Source: Paraspadella gotoi (lineage: Eukaryota; Animalia; Chaetognatha). Taken from it: 64,000 nucleotides of DNA. Below are positions 1-9,362 of this stretch, piece by piece. Location: the NCBI GenBank assembly GCA_051294375.1, contig CM119267.1:5879992-5943991 (forward strand), given 5' to 3'. Each line of letters starts with the position of its first letter. Position 1 is the first letter of the stretch. The notes under the pieces are model-generated. The model made no database searches. It saw only the letters and a list, made by a program, of their open reading frames with translations, and was not told the DNA's origin. The translations under genes were made by a program, and so were the position numbers.

Positions 1-1811
1 TTTTCTCCGACATCGAAATCGCGAAGGTCTGTCAGGCCCCACGTCCGCTGCGGTTCCTTCTGGGGCAAGCACGTCTCCCTAATGGGAACAATTCAAAAGC
101 GAAATTACCCAATAAAAAAAGGAAATAGCCTAACCAGTTTAAGAAACTTTTTCTTCCCGCCCCCTTTGCAGTGACACTGACCCGAACGAGAGGCCAGATC
201 CCTCGGAAGCCCCGGAATCGGAAAGGAATATGTCGAAGAGCTTATCGCCGCCGATGGCGGGGCTGCGCGCCGGGCGTCCGACTTCTTCCTCCTCATCCGA
301 AGTCAGGTTGAACAGGTCCGAGTAAGAAGTGGTGGCGGCGTCGTGCCAAAATCCGTCGTCCTCGTCGTCGTCGTCGTCCTCGGCAAAGATGTTGGACTTT
401 TCGCGGTAAATTGATGACGCGTTTGAGCCGAGGACGGACGGGGCGTTCGCCGGGCAGCGGTTCGCCGCTAAACTTGAATGCGTCGAGGCGCTCAGCGAAC
501 GTTCGTCTAGGGGAGGAAATATTAATATCGATAATATTGATTCAATATTTTTTCTGAAAATAGCAAATTATTTTTTAAAATGTTTTTTTTTTTTTTTGCA
601 CCAACGCAATTGTCAAATTATCCGACCTGCTGTGAAAAAATGATCAGATTCCTCGGAGCATCTTGCAGAATCATTGACTGTCTGGGCTGTTTGCCTGGAT
701 TCGGTCTCCGCGAGAAAGCAGAAGCAGCAGGGAACCGGCGTCCCGAAAGGTCCAGTCGGTTGATCGTTGTTGGGATGTCGAGGCTACGGGTGTAGAAAGG
801 TCAAGGAAATCCCGACTGGCAAAACCAATTTGACTTTTTTCTTAGCAAAGGACGAATTCGATTTTCAAGTCTTCATCAGCGTTTTACAGTTTGCATGCAA
901 AAGAGAGAGAGAGATATATATATATATATAATATTGTTTTAAAAAAATCACTACTAATCAGTTGTTTTTTTTTATTCTGTCTCACCACTTTGTTGGGAAA
1001 CTTTCATTTTCATTATTACACTTATGACTTTTCTCTTTTAACAAATACAATCGATGACTCGCCTTGCGGTATTTCCTTATCGCTCCCGCGTGATTCTGGT
1101 GTCGCACTCGATTCCACAGTACCGACGGGAGCACGCTCATGATCTCGTCGCAAGTGGCCTTGCTGCAGAGGGCGCGGAAGTTCATCCGCTTCCAGAGGGC
1201 GTCACGAGCCTGAAGGAAATTGGGATAGGTCCGGCGCCAATCCTCGCCGAGGCACCAGGGAAAGAGTTCGAACTTGAACTCCTCCTCATCGTCCTCCATG
1301 TCGAGGGCGAGGTAGAGGGCGACGAAGAAGTTTTCGGGGGTGTACTCTTTGACGGCAAAGTCGGCCCTGATGAAGTAAATAAAGACCATCGAGAGAGCGT
1401 AGTTGTCCGAAACTTTGAAGCATTTATCGCAGCGCAGGAAGTCGCGAATCAGCTTGGACTCGGTGAGGGAGAAGAAGGCGAGCAGCTGCTTGGTCCATGT
1501 GTGGAAGGGGTTCAGTTGCTGAGGGATCTCCACTACCTCCACAGCGGCCGACTCGGTAGCGCCCGCTTCGGAGGCGACGTTGGAATTTTTGTGCCGCTTA
1601 CATTGGAGTTGGTCACGGAACATGCCGTAGTATTGGGTGTTCTGAAAATGGAAAAGTTTATTTATTACATTACTCTGCCTACTCATAGAGTAGTTAAAAA
1701 CGAATGTATGAGGTACGAAAATACTTCGCTTGCCTGAGTATAGGAGTGACCAAAGTCCACAACAGGATCGGATAAGACAGGGACCGGAGGGTGACGCATT
1801 ACGGAGAGCAT
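1..1811 (-). CDS. SPDYA: Speedy/RINGO CDK activator (multi-exon; 3' end runs off the window)
   Basis: Spy1 domain in ORF 982..1890 (DFLRCDKCFKVSDNYALSMVFIYFIRA, FFVALYLALDMEDDEEEFKFELFPW, LWKRMNFRALCSKATCDEIM, WNRVRHQNHAGAIR). Splicing 1063->783 through a GC donor gives PTGPFGTPVPCCFC, matching the remembered Speedy PRGPSATPVDCSLC motif. Further exons are 783-627 and 506-~182. Start ATG at 1811 is tentative. Confidence 0.85.
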
Positions 1812-2048
1812 GATTCAAGTTAATTACAGGAAAGATTGAACTAAATAATGAGAGCGCGTGCACGAATTCGTGTGAGTGTAATAAAAACATTTACTCAAAA
1901 CTTTTGCGATGCAGATATATGCATAAAATAGTTAGAACAAGCGCAATGAAATATAATGAAAAGAAGCGACTAGCATCATAGGAATACTAAAATTATAAAT
2001 AAGTGAATCACTAAAACTTAAAAAAAATTTAAAAAAATTCTTCTTCAG

Positions 2049-3872
2049 CTAGTGTTCTTGCTGATGCTTTTGTTTGATTTTAAGCGATTCGGCTTCCCTG
2101 ATCTCGCGAAACACTTTCCTGTAAATCGAGGGAAAATGATCGGTGATAAAGTTTTCAAGAACTTCGATGCCTCCGCGTTCGATGTCGGCGGGTTCGCAAA
2201 GTTCGCAGGTGGAAGCCGCGAGATTCTCTGTGTGATCCCTGTTGATCCAGATCACCCTCCCAACGAGATAGAGACACGGAAAATCCGACTCAAACACCGC
2301 GCTCGTTGCCGATTCGACGTGAGTCTCGAGGATGTCGAGACTTTCCTCGTCTCCTTTGCTGCATTTTACGATGAGCTCGAGTCTTTGTTTGAAAGAGAGA
2401 TCGCAACCGTCGACGGCGAGTATGTCGCGAAGCAGACGGCAGACGGAGGCGAGGGAGAGTCTGGGAACGACGTCAGCGCCGTTCACGAAGGTGTAAATGC
2501 ATTGGCGCCATCGCTGGGGAACCGCGTCCACAGGGGCAAAGGTCGGAGGAGGGGCGTAGGCATAGCATGAGATTTCAGTCTCGCACAGCGGCGACGGAAG
2601 TTTGCCGGCGTCCTGTCGATGAAGAAAAACCATCGTGGTCAAAGTGGCCGCTCCAGCGCCAAGACTGTGACCGCAAACGACGAGGTCGTAGCCAGGGTTC
2701 TCCTCGAGTATCGAGTTAAGAAAGTTTTGGGTCTCATCGGCGAGCCTTACGGCGCAGAGACCCATGCCGCGGTGCGAGATTCCGAGGCCCAGGAAAGAGA
2801 CGCAATCCGCGCAGGCGTCCGTCAGAATGTCCGAGAGGGACATTGTGCCGCGAATGCAGAGGACCACGGCGAATCTGGCATCGTCGATGGCGACGAAGTA
2901 GCGCGGGAGGAGCGCCTTCTCGCCCTCGAGTTCCATGACGACGATGGCGTTGTCGTCGAGTCCCGTCATCTCGCGGATAATACGTCGGCTGACTCTGCTA
3001 CCTCTCTCGCTCCAATTTGACGTCTTTCTTGACCTTTTCTTAGAACTTTTGCCCGAGGAAAGATTGGACGCAATCGAGACTTTCTTCGATACATTTCCGC
3101 TGTCGTCGTCGATATTTTTGTCTTGCTCATCTTTAGCCGGAATCGTATTCATCGTTTCCTCTACATCCGCATCCTCAACATCATTTTTTGGGTATTTATA
3201 TTCTTCCTCTTTTTCGTCGGTCGCTTCCTCTACTTCTTCCCCAACGGGCTCGTCGCCGAAGAACGTCGTCGGATGATAGACCGTCGTTATGACGTGCGTG
3301 TTCAAGGGCGTCCCAAAGGCGGAGCTGGCGTACTGGAGAAATCCTTCCGACCTGTCGTCCAGGATGATGGGAACCCGATCTCGATCTTCCTTCGCCATCG
3401 CAAGTCGTTTGCGAGTTTGAAAAAGTTTCAACAGCATCAAATTGAGGAACAAGGGATATTTGGATTCGCGATAGTCCGCCTGTAGTTTAGAACTCATTGT
3501 TTTCAAGATAGTCTTTAGATTCTCAACGCATTCTTCGAACAAAGGAGTCATAAAACTGGGTTTGTCCCCCGCGGAGAGGCGAATGAGAAGAACGACTGCG
3601 CCGGTAACAACGGAACCGCCGACGCCGACGAGAAAACTTTTTCGACCGGTGAACCAGTAGACGAGAGCGCCACCGAGTAGGCTAAGGAGAGGTGTCGTCC
3701 ATCCAGGAAGCGACCGGATCGTCGCCGATAGTTCGGAACCGAAGGAGACGAGGGGTTTTGTCGAAAAAGATCGGTGGACGACTTGTTGCTGTGAGGGCGC
3801 AACTGAAGGAGGCTTTGGTGACGTCGGAGGAGCCTCTGAGCCCCGTCGTCGGAGAGTAGAGTCGTCAGACAT
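2049..3872 (-). CDS. Class-3 lipase / DAG-lipase-like alpha/beta hydrolase with two N-terminal hydrophobic segments, single exon
   Basis: Motifs CIRGTMSLSDILTD, HRGM, GHSLGAG (nucleophile elbow), YAYAPPP, FVNGADVVPRLSL, DHFP. Likely start is MSDDST at 3872; the ORF track extends to 3962 through AT-rich sequence. Confidence 0.8.
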   Translation of the reverse strand: MSDDSTLRRRGSEAPPTSPKPPSVAPSQQQVVHRSFSTKPLVSFGSELSATIRSLPGWTTPLLSLLGGALVYWFTGRKSFLVGVGGSVVTGAVVLLIRLSAGDKPSFMTPLFEECVENLKTILKTMSSKLQADYRESKYPLFLNLMLLKLFQTRKRLAMAKEDRDRVPIILDDRSEGFLQYASSAFGTPLNTHVITTVYHPTTFFGDEPVGEEVEEATDEKEEEYKYPKNDVEDADVEETMNTIPAKDEQDKNIDDDSGNVSKKVSIASNLSSGKSSKKRSRKTSNWSERGSRVSRRIIREMTGLDDNAIVVMELEGEKALLPRYFVAIDDARFAVVLCIRGTMSLSDILTDACADCVSFLGLGISHRGMGLCAVRLADETQNFLNSILEENPGYDLVVCGHSLGAGAATLTTMVFLHRQDAGKLPSPLCETEISCYAYAPPPTFAPVDAVPQRWRQCIYTFVNGADVVPRLSLASVCRLLRDILAVDGCDLSFKQRLELIVKCSKGDEESLDILETHVESATSAVFESDFPCLYLVGRVIWINRDHTENLAASTCELCEPADIERGGIEVLENFITDHFPSIYRKVFREIREAESLKIKQKHQQEH

Positions 3873-4305
3873 GACGGCTTTTTTAAAAGAGGCATGGCGA
3901 ACTAGAATATCGTCTAAAGTATATCGACGCCAAATATTGTTTAGTTTCAAAAATCTTTTCATTATTTAGAGTTGCTGCACTCATTTTACTTTTATATTAA
4001 TTTTTTTTTTACATTAATTTTTTCTAAAAGCGGGTCACGAATCCTATGAATTATCCGATCTAATATCACTGTTACAAATTTACGGCATTTATGGCATTCT
4101 GATGTTAATTCTGAAAAATTAAAAACTTCATAGACCTCTCCTTATCAAAAATTTCCGTAATGGCGTAGAGCATAATTACATAACTAGTTGGGGTTTTGGA
4201 ATTAAAAACATCTGCTTCAAAGAAATAAGAAAATATAATTGTTATGCGCACTCACAATAATACAACGAGGAAAAGAGAGAGATTATCAGAACCAGAACTT
4301 CAATA

Positions 4306-5952
4306 TCAGGAGAAAGACTGAACTTTAGTCCTTCCCTTGATAGAAAAAGTGGCGGCTATGGGGTAATGATCGGAACCCTCTTGGGAATTTGGCATCTTGG
4401 GTGCAGTGCCGGCGCGAGGTACGGAGCTTCTTCTGATCACTCGAAAGTCGGGCCCTGGATTAAAAAATATAAAGTCGACGCAGGAAGAGGCGCGATCATG
4501 ATTGGTCGTCATGATGTTCCCTGGCGACGAGTCCTCGCCGTCCCACGCGTGGTAAACTGAGCGAAACTTAAAATCGTGAGACAAAACGCCGGCGGCGACT
4601 CTGGCCGCGTTTTGCTCGTTTGTGGCGTCCATTTTCTTGCAGGAGGAAGAAATTCCGAGAAAAGGCGGAAGAAAATGGTCGCGGAATAAGTGCCCCTGCT
4701 TTGGCGGCGAACTCGGCGCACCCTCAGTCCCGGCCACGCGACGCTGGTCGAGGCCGGCGTAGCGGAGCATGCCCTTGACCACAAAGTCGAACAGCGGAAA
4801 ATGGGGCTCGAAATTCATGTCGCCGCAAAAGACGATGGGGACGTAGCCGAGAGTCTGCGGCGGATCGAGGTCGTTGCGGTATCGAGGATCCACCTTTCGA
4901 GCCACGAGATCCAATTCAGAGAAAAGAACTGCCAGTTGGGCTAGCTTGATGTCGCCCCGTCTAGGGTTGAAGAGAAGGTGAGCGGTGGCCACGCAGATGG
5001 GATCCAGAGAGCAGTATGTCAGCCCGTTTCCGTCGGGGGCGGCTGCCGCTGGAACGATTGGCTCGAAAAGCGCCACGACCCCGACGTTGTCGCGATCCAA
5101 CACCCGCACGCCCTTATTCATCTCGACTGGGTGGAACTTGACAAGTTGTAATCGACGGCGGCGATAGAAAATAGCCAGCCCGTCAGAGGGACCGTTGGTG
5201 CGTTTCTTGAAGCGGCCGTCGTATCCGTGTTCGGTGAGAACGGGGAAGAAAAAGTCGTGAAAATGACTCTGCTCCACCTCTTGCAGGCAAATTACGTCGG
5301 CGTCGTGAGCGAGAATTCGCGCCAGGATTAGTCGACGCCGCGACTCCCATTCCAGATCGCGCGATGGAATTTGAGAGTAGAGGTCGCTTCGGTGCGTTTC
5401 GACGTGCGACTGAGCGAGGACGTTGAAAGACAAAACGGTGAAGGCAAACTCTTCGTCGTCGCTTTCGCCGTCGGTTCGGTCGATCGCCGATCGCGATTCG
5501 TGACGCGGTCCAACGGACGGGCCACTCGAGAAAGTCTCGCCGCCCAACGCCGTCGAGCTTCTCTGGAAGAGCCTCAAGCGGTGATCCTCGAAAGTCGTCG
5601 TCGTCGAAGGAGGAGACGGAAGCGAGGGAGAAAAATCTCGAGACTCGACGGGAGTAAAGGCGCCTAAATTTTGCGGCAGCCGACCGTCAGCGTCGTTGAG
5701 GTAATAAACGTAAGGAATCGGACTCGCGGGGGGAAATGAGAATTGAGAGGGAGAGGAAAGTTGATCGTTTAAGTTAAACGGCGAGATCAAGGGCGGCGTC
5801 TCAGGAACCCGAAAGGCGGCATCGTAGAGGGCGGAGAGTCCGGATGAAGTCGTCGCCGATGATCCGGATCGAGAGTGAAACGCGAAGAGGCCGTGCTTCA
5901 TTTTAGATTCGGACTGTAATGGCTTTAAATGACGAAACAGAGTCGAGCGCAT
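4306..5952 (-). CDS. ANGEL2: Angel homolog (CCR4/EEP-family 2',3'-cyclic phosphatase), single exon
   Basis: EEP motifs VLSFNVLAQ, ICLQEVE, DGLAIFY, RDNVG, ATAHLLFNPRRGDIKLAQL (Angel-typical), CGDMN, VDFIFF, GSDHYPI. Start is ATG 5952 or 5901. The ORF-track start at 6012 is non-ATG and overlaps the GEMIN7 stop. Confidence 0.88.
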   Translation of the reverse strand: MRSTLFRHLKPLQSESKMKHGLFAFHSRSGSSATTSSGLSALYDAAFRVPETPPLISPFNLNDQLSSPSQFSFPPASPIPYVYYLNDADGRLPQNLGAFTPVESRDFSPSLPSPPSTTTTFEDHRLRLFQRSSTALGGETFSSGPSVGPRHESRSAIDRTDGESDDEEFAFTVLSFNVLAQSHVETHRSDLYSQIPSRDLEWESRRRLILARILAHDADVICLQEVEQSHFHDFFFPVLTEHGYDGRFKKRTNGPSDGLAIFYRRRRLQLVKFHPVEMNKGVRVLDRDNVGVVALFEPIVPAAAAPDGNGLTYCSLDPICVATAHLLFNPRRGDIKLAQLAVLFSELDLVARKVDPRYRNDLDPPQTLGYVPIVFCGDMNFEPHFPLFDFVVKGMLRYAGLDQRRVAGTEGAPSSPPKQGHLFRDHFLPPFLGISSSCKKMDATNEQNAARVAAGVLSHDFKFRSVYHAWDGEDSSPGNIMTTNHDRASSCVDFIFFNPGPDFRVIRRSSVPRAGTAPKMPNSQEGSDHYPIAATFSIKGRTKVQSFS

Positions 5953-6008
5953 TTCAAGGGAATCAAAGCGAAGTAAAAGATCTCGCCCTCGTGACAATCT
6001 TAAGACTT

Positions 6009-6393
6009 TCAATCGTCGACGCGGAAAGAGATGGAACGGATGTCGGTCGCTCGCAGGGTAGCGTGAGGGTAGGTTCCGTAAGGGGTTTTCAGCGAAGAGA
6101 CGTGAATGCGGCGAAATTCGAGGTCGACGGCCTTTAACTTGGCGGTCACTTGGTTGCCTGAATTCGAAAAAAAAAAAAATTTAAACACAACAAAAAATAA
6201 AACAATTTCGAAATCACATACTTTCGTGGAGTGTTATAGTAGCCGGACACCCCTCTTCTTGCAGCACGGTTTTCTGTAGCAAGTTTAAAAACCTGCGTCG
6301 CAGAAAAGCTCTTTCTTCTTGGTGTTTTTTAAGAATATCCAATTCGCACTTTACTTCGTTTCTCTTCTCTTTTTCGTCACTAACGGAAGTCAT
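6009..6393 (-). CDS. GEMIN7: Gem-associated protein 7 (Sm-like fold, SMN complex), 2 exons, 106 aa; absent from the ORF track
   Basis: Exons 6393-6222 and 6157-6009 joined by a phase-1 GT-AG intron translate to ...QEERAFLRRRFLNLL...ATITLHESNQVTAKLKAVDLEFRRIHVSSLKTPYGTYPHATLRATDIRSISF. This parallels remembered human Gemin7 RAALRERYLRSL...FTLHE...ATDLD...VSQLQTPIG...ALLRCSDIISYTF. Confidence 0.85.
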
Positions 6394-6799
6394 ATTTCTC
6401 GAAAGTCCAAGCCTATGGAAGAAATGCGATGATGGGGTGATATAGGCGTTTAAATAGGATTTAAGATTTTACACATAAATATGCATAGTTAGGAATAAGA
6501 CGAAAACAAAAGAGAAGAATATCTATAATAATGACGAGACAAAGAAAAATTGAACAAAATAGTTTGCAGAATCTCAGTGCGCGATACAGAATATTTTGAG
6601 GGGGGTTACGTATATAATTTCTACTTTAAATATACCAGAGAGGTCAAAAATCGAAATTGCATCATGCAGAAATTCATTTGTCGTTTTTGTCGATTTCCTA
6701 GAATCATAAGATTCGTCGAGGGGAAAGAGGAGGGACTGGAGGGGGCCAGAAAAGAAACGAAAATGGGGGGGGGGAAGATCAGACGTCTGATTATCAAGA

Positions 6800-8233
6800 T
6801 TAACTGGCGGCTTCGGCGATCATCTTGTCGTGATTTTCGGGAACCAAAGATGGTTCGACGCCCAACTCTATTCTGCCCGTTTTGCATAGGTACGCGTAGC
6901 GGAGACGCAAGGTGAATCGATTCCTCCCGTATTGGAAATAACTGCGGTACTTTTCTAAAATTTGCTTCCAATGCCCCTTGCCGAACTCTCGAACGCCGCT
7001 GAGCAGCCAGCTGTCCTCCAGCTCGGTCCATTTGAGGCAGTCTTTCTTTTTCATTGATTTGGAGACTTCATCGACTGATTGCTGCTGCTGATGATGCGTG
7101 AGTTCGTCTGAGCCCCCGCTGTCCGACTTGTCCTTAGGGCGGCGACCCTTTTCGCGATTTATCAAAGGAGCTGGGTGATTTTGCGCCAAACAGTGACGCA
7201 TGAGGTTGGAGTAACGCGTGAATGGGACGCTGCAGGTAGTACACACGAAAGAATCCGAGCGATTTGAGTTGGAGTCGTGAAGAACTAAGTGTTTGTCCAG
7301 TTTGTCCTGGGTGCTAAATGCACGGTTGCACTTGTTACATTTAAAGGGTTTATTTTGGTTGTGATTGGTAATGTGCTTGTTTAGAACGGTCGCCGAAGCG
7401 AAGGCCTTCCCGCACAAGTGACACTGATACGGCTTTTCTCCAGTGTGAATCATCATGTGTTTCTTAAGATCTTTCTTATGAAAAAAGGAGAAACCGCAGA
7501 CTCTGCAATCCAAACTGTTGTAGGAAGACTTCATGGGCTGCATCTCCCAAACCTTTGGCCTTCCAGCGTCGGCTTGATGAGCGTCGACCTCCATGACGCA
7601 ATTGGGCGTCAACTGCGCCCGTTGCTCCACTTTGCTCCTCTGCTCCTCTCCCATCGGCAAGATTTCGTGACCGTTTCTCTCTTGAAGCTCCTTCTCTCCC
7701 CTTGCTCGTCCCATCTGATGATGATTCTGCGACTGTTGGTGGGAATGATGCGTCTGCTGCTGCTTCATCAAAATTTGCTGATCTCGCCGCTCTTTGGCGA
7801 GAAAATCGCAGACGGCGGGATTGTCGCAGGGGCCTTCGTGAAACTGGCAGCGTCGAGGATCGTGATCGAGGTAGCCGCCCTTGTTGAGCATTTGCTTGTT
7901 TTGATCGCGCTGCTCGACAGAATGGACGACGAGATGATTGGCAAAGTCCGAAGCCCCTTTGCAGTTAAATGGACATTCCGTACACTGGAAATATTTCTCC
8001 GACGTAACGCCGAGGTGAGGGTGGGGCAAAGGCCGGTCGCGGTGTTGGGTGAAGTCCTGCGGGACCGACAAGAAGGGCTGAGGGGGCGAGTAGTCGTGGA
8101 GAGCTTTTTGATCGGGCAACAAATAGATGACGATCCGTCGTTGGGCGCGCTCTTTGGCGATTTCGATCTTTGACAAGAGATTCTCCCGGGCGAAGAAGGA
8201 TTTGACCTTCTCGTAAAGAAAGTCTACGTCCAT
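6800..8233 (-). CDS. C2H2 zinc-finger protein with C-terminal TRF/telobox-like Myb domain
   Basis: One isolated C2H2 finger (CTECPFNC...HLVVH), then four tandem fingers including a TGEKPY linker, then KWTELEDSWLLSGVREFGKGHWKQILEKY...GRN...L (Myb/SANT pattern). Likely start is MDVDFL at 8233. Confidence 0.8.
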   Translation of the reverse strand: MDVDFLYEKVKSFFARENLLSKIEIAKERAQRRIVIYLLPDQKALHDYSPPQPFLSVPQDFTQHRDRPLPHPHLGVTSEKYFQCTECPFNCKGASDFANHLVVHSVEQRDQNKQMLNKGGYLDHDPRRCQFHEGPCDNPAVCDFLAKERRDQQILMKQQQTHHSHQQSQNHHQMGRARGEKELQERNGHEILPMGEEQRSKVEQRAQLTPNCVMEVDAHQADAGRPKVWEMQPMKSSYNSLDCRVCGFSFFHKKDLKKHMMIHTGEKPYQCHLCGKAFASATVLNKHITNHNQNKPFKCNKCNRAFSTQDKLDKHLVLHDSNSNRSDSFVCTTCSVPFTRYSNLMRHCLAQNHPAPLINREKGRRPKDKSDSGGSDELTHHQQQQSVDEVSKSMKKKDCLKWTELEDSWLLSGVREFGKGHWKQILEKYRSYFQYGRNRFTLRLRYAYLCKTGRIELGVEPSLVPENHDKMIAEAAS

Positions 8234-8433
8234 TCCGATTCCGAGTTTAAAAATCGAAATGGCTAAGATAGAAATACTGGAGTCCGAGTCATTAGGGTCT
8301 ATATCTACCGTCGCATAGATTAAGATATATCTATTACGAAACAGCATGAAAACCAAATAGTATTAATCGTTAAGATAATTAAATTGACAAATCAAGATTG
8401 GAATGGTGAGGGTGAGAAGGAAAAATTAAAGTC

Positions 8434-8913
8434 CTATGGTCGTCCCTTTGGTAGAACAAAGGACAAATCATCACCGAACTCTCCCCATTGAACGCGATGT
8501 GTTTGATAAACGACGATCCAAGCGACGATAGCAATGAACCATATTGTGCACCCGATCTGCAGGAAAAGCAAGGGTGTCAAATAAAAATAAAAATAATTCA
8601 AAATTTTACGAACAAGCATCGATATTTTATCAAACCTCCTTAACTACATAGATAATTGCAATGACTCAATGTATTTTCATATTTTCGCCAAGGTGCCAGG
8701 GCGCGTAAAATAACTCAAAACGCTCACCATCGATTTCAGGACGTATCCTCTGATAGCTCTTTGCTGTTCATAGGCTGGTTTTCGGCAAAAAGCCTCCCGA
8801 AAAAACCAGAGAGAGTTGACGCACCACAAAAAGGGAAGAAACGCGAATCCTCCATAAAAGTATTTTCGAGTCAAGGCGAGTTTGTCCTCGTCCTTGAAGC
8901 GGCTTAGATCCAT
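8434..8913 (-). CDS. PSENEN: Gamma-secretase subunit PEN-2, 2 exons, 102 aa
   Basis: Exons 8913-8728 and 8556-8434 (GT-AG): MDLSRFKDEDKLALTRKYFYGGFAFLPFLWCVNSLWFFREAF...GDDLSFVLPKGRP, the typical PEN-2 sequence and length. Confidence 0.95.
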
Positions 8914-9185
8914 TCTCGCTGACTATTTAAGTTTCTTTTATTTCTTGTTTTTCTTTTTTTTTTTTTACGGGTTTTTCAAAATAGTGAGTTTCTGTCAAAA
9001 TATTTACGTAGGTAAAGTTGTAAATGACTACTACATTTTCGATAATGGTTAGTTCGTGATTGGCAACTCAATTAAAAAATAATTGCATGCTATACGCCTG
9101 TTTCGACGATGGAAACAAAAAAATCGAAAGTTCATGGGCGCGAATCGCGAATAAATTATTATTAAAAAAGGAAACCAAAACGAGA

Positions 9186-9216
<31 letters not shown>

Positions 9217-9362
9217 GAAGCTACACATAAAAGAAGCGAATTTGATTGCTGATAAGAAATTTTTATTTTGCGTTTGATTTCTTCATGGCACACATTCGAT
9301 TTCTTGAAAACTAAACTAAAGCCTTTAGGCAAAAGATTATCCATGTCCTCGTTTGAAAAAAT

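Noticed and set aside
982-1062. ORF-track C-terminus of Speedy (ASHRLYLLKEK...PTKW*)
   Set aside because: AT-rich read-through into an intron; splicing at the GC donor restores the conserved Speedy motif.
1725-1740. Possible fourth GC donor (CAG|GCAAGC) in Speedy exon 1
   Set aside because: An in-phase GT donor (GAA|GTATTT) lies 9 nt downstream, so a GC site is not required.
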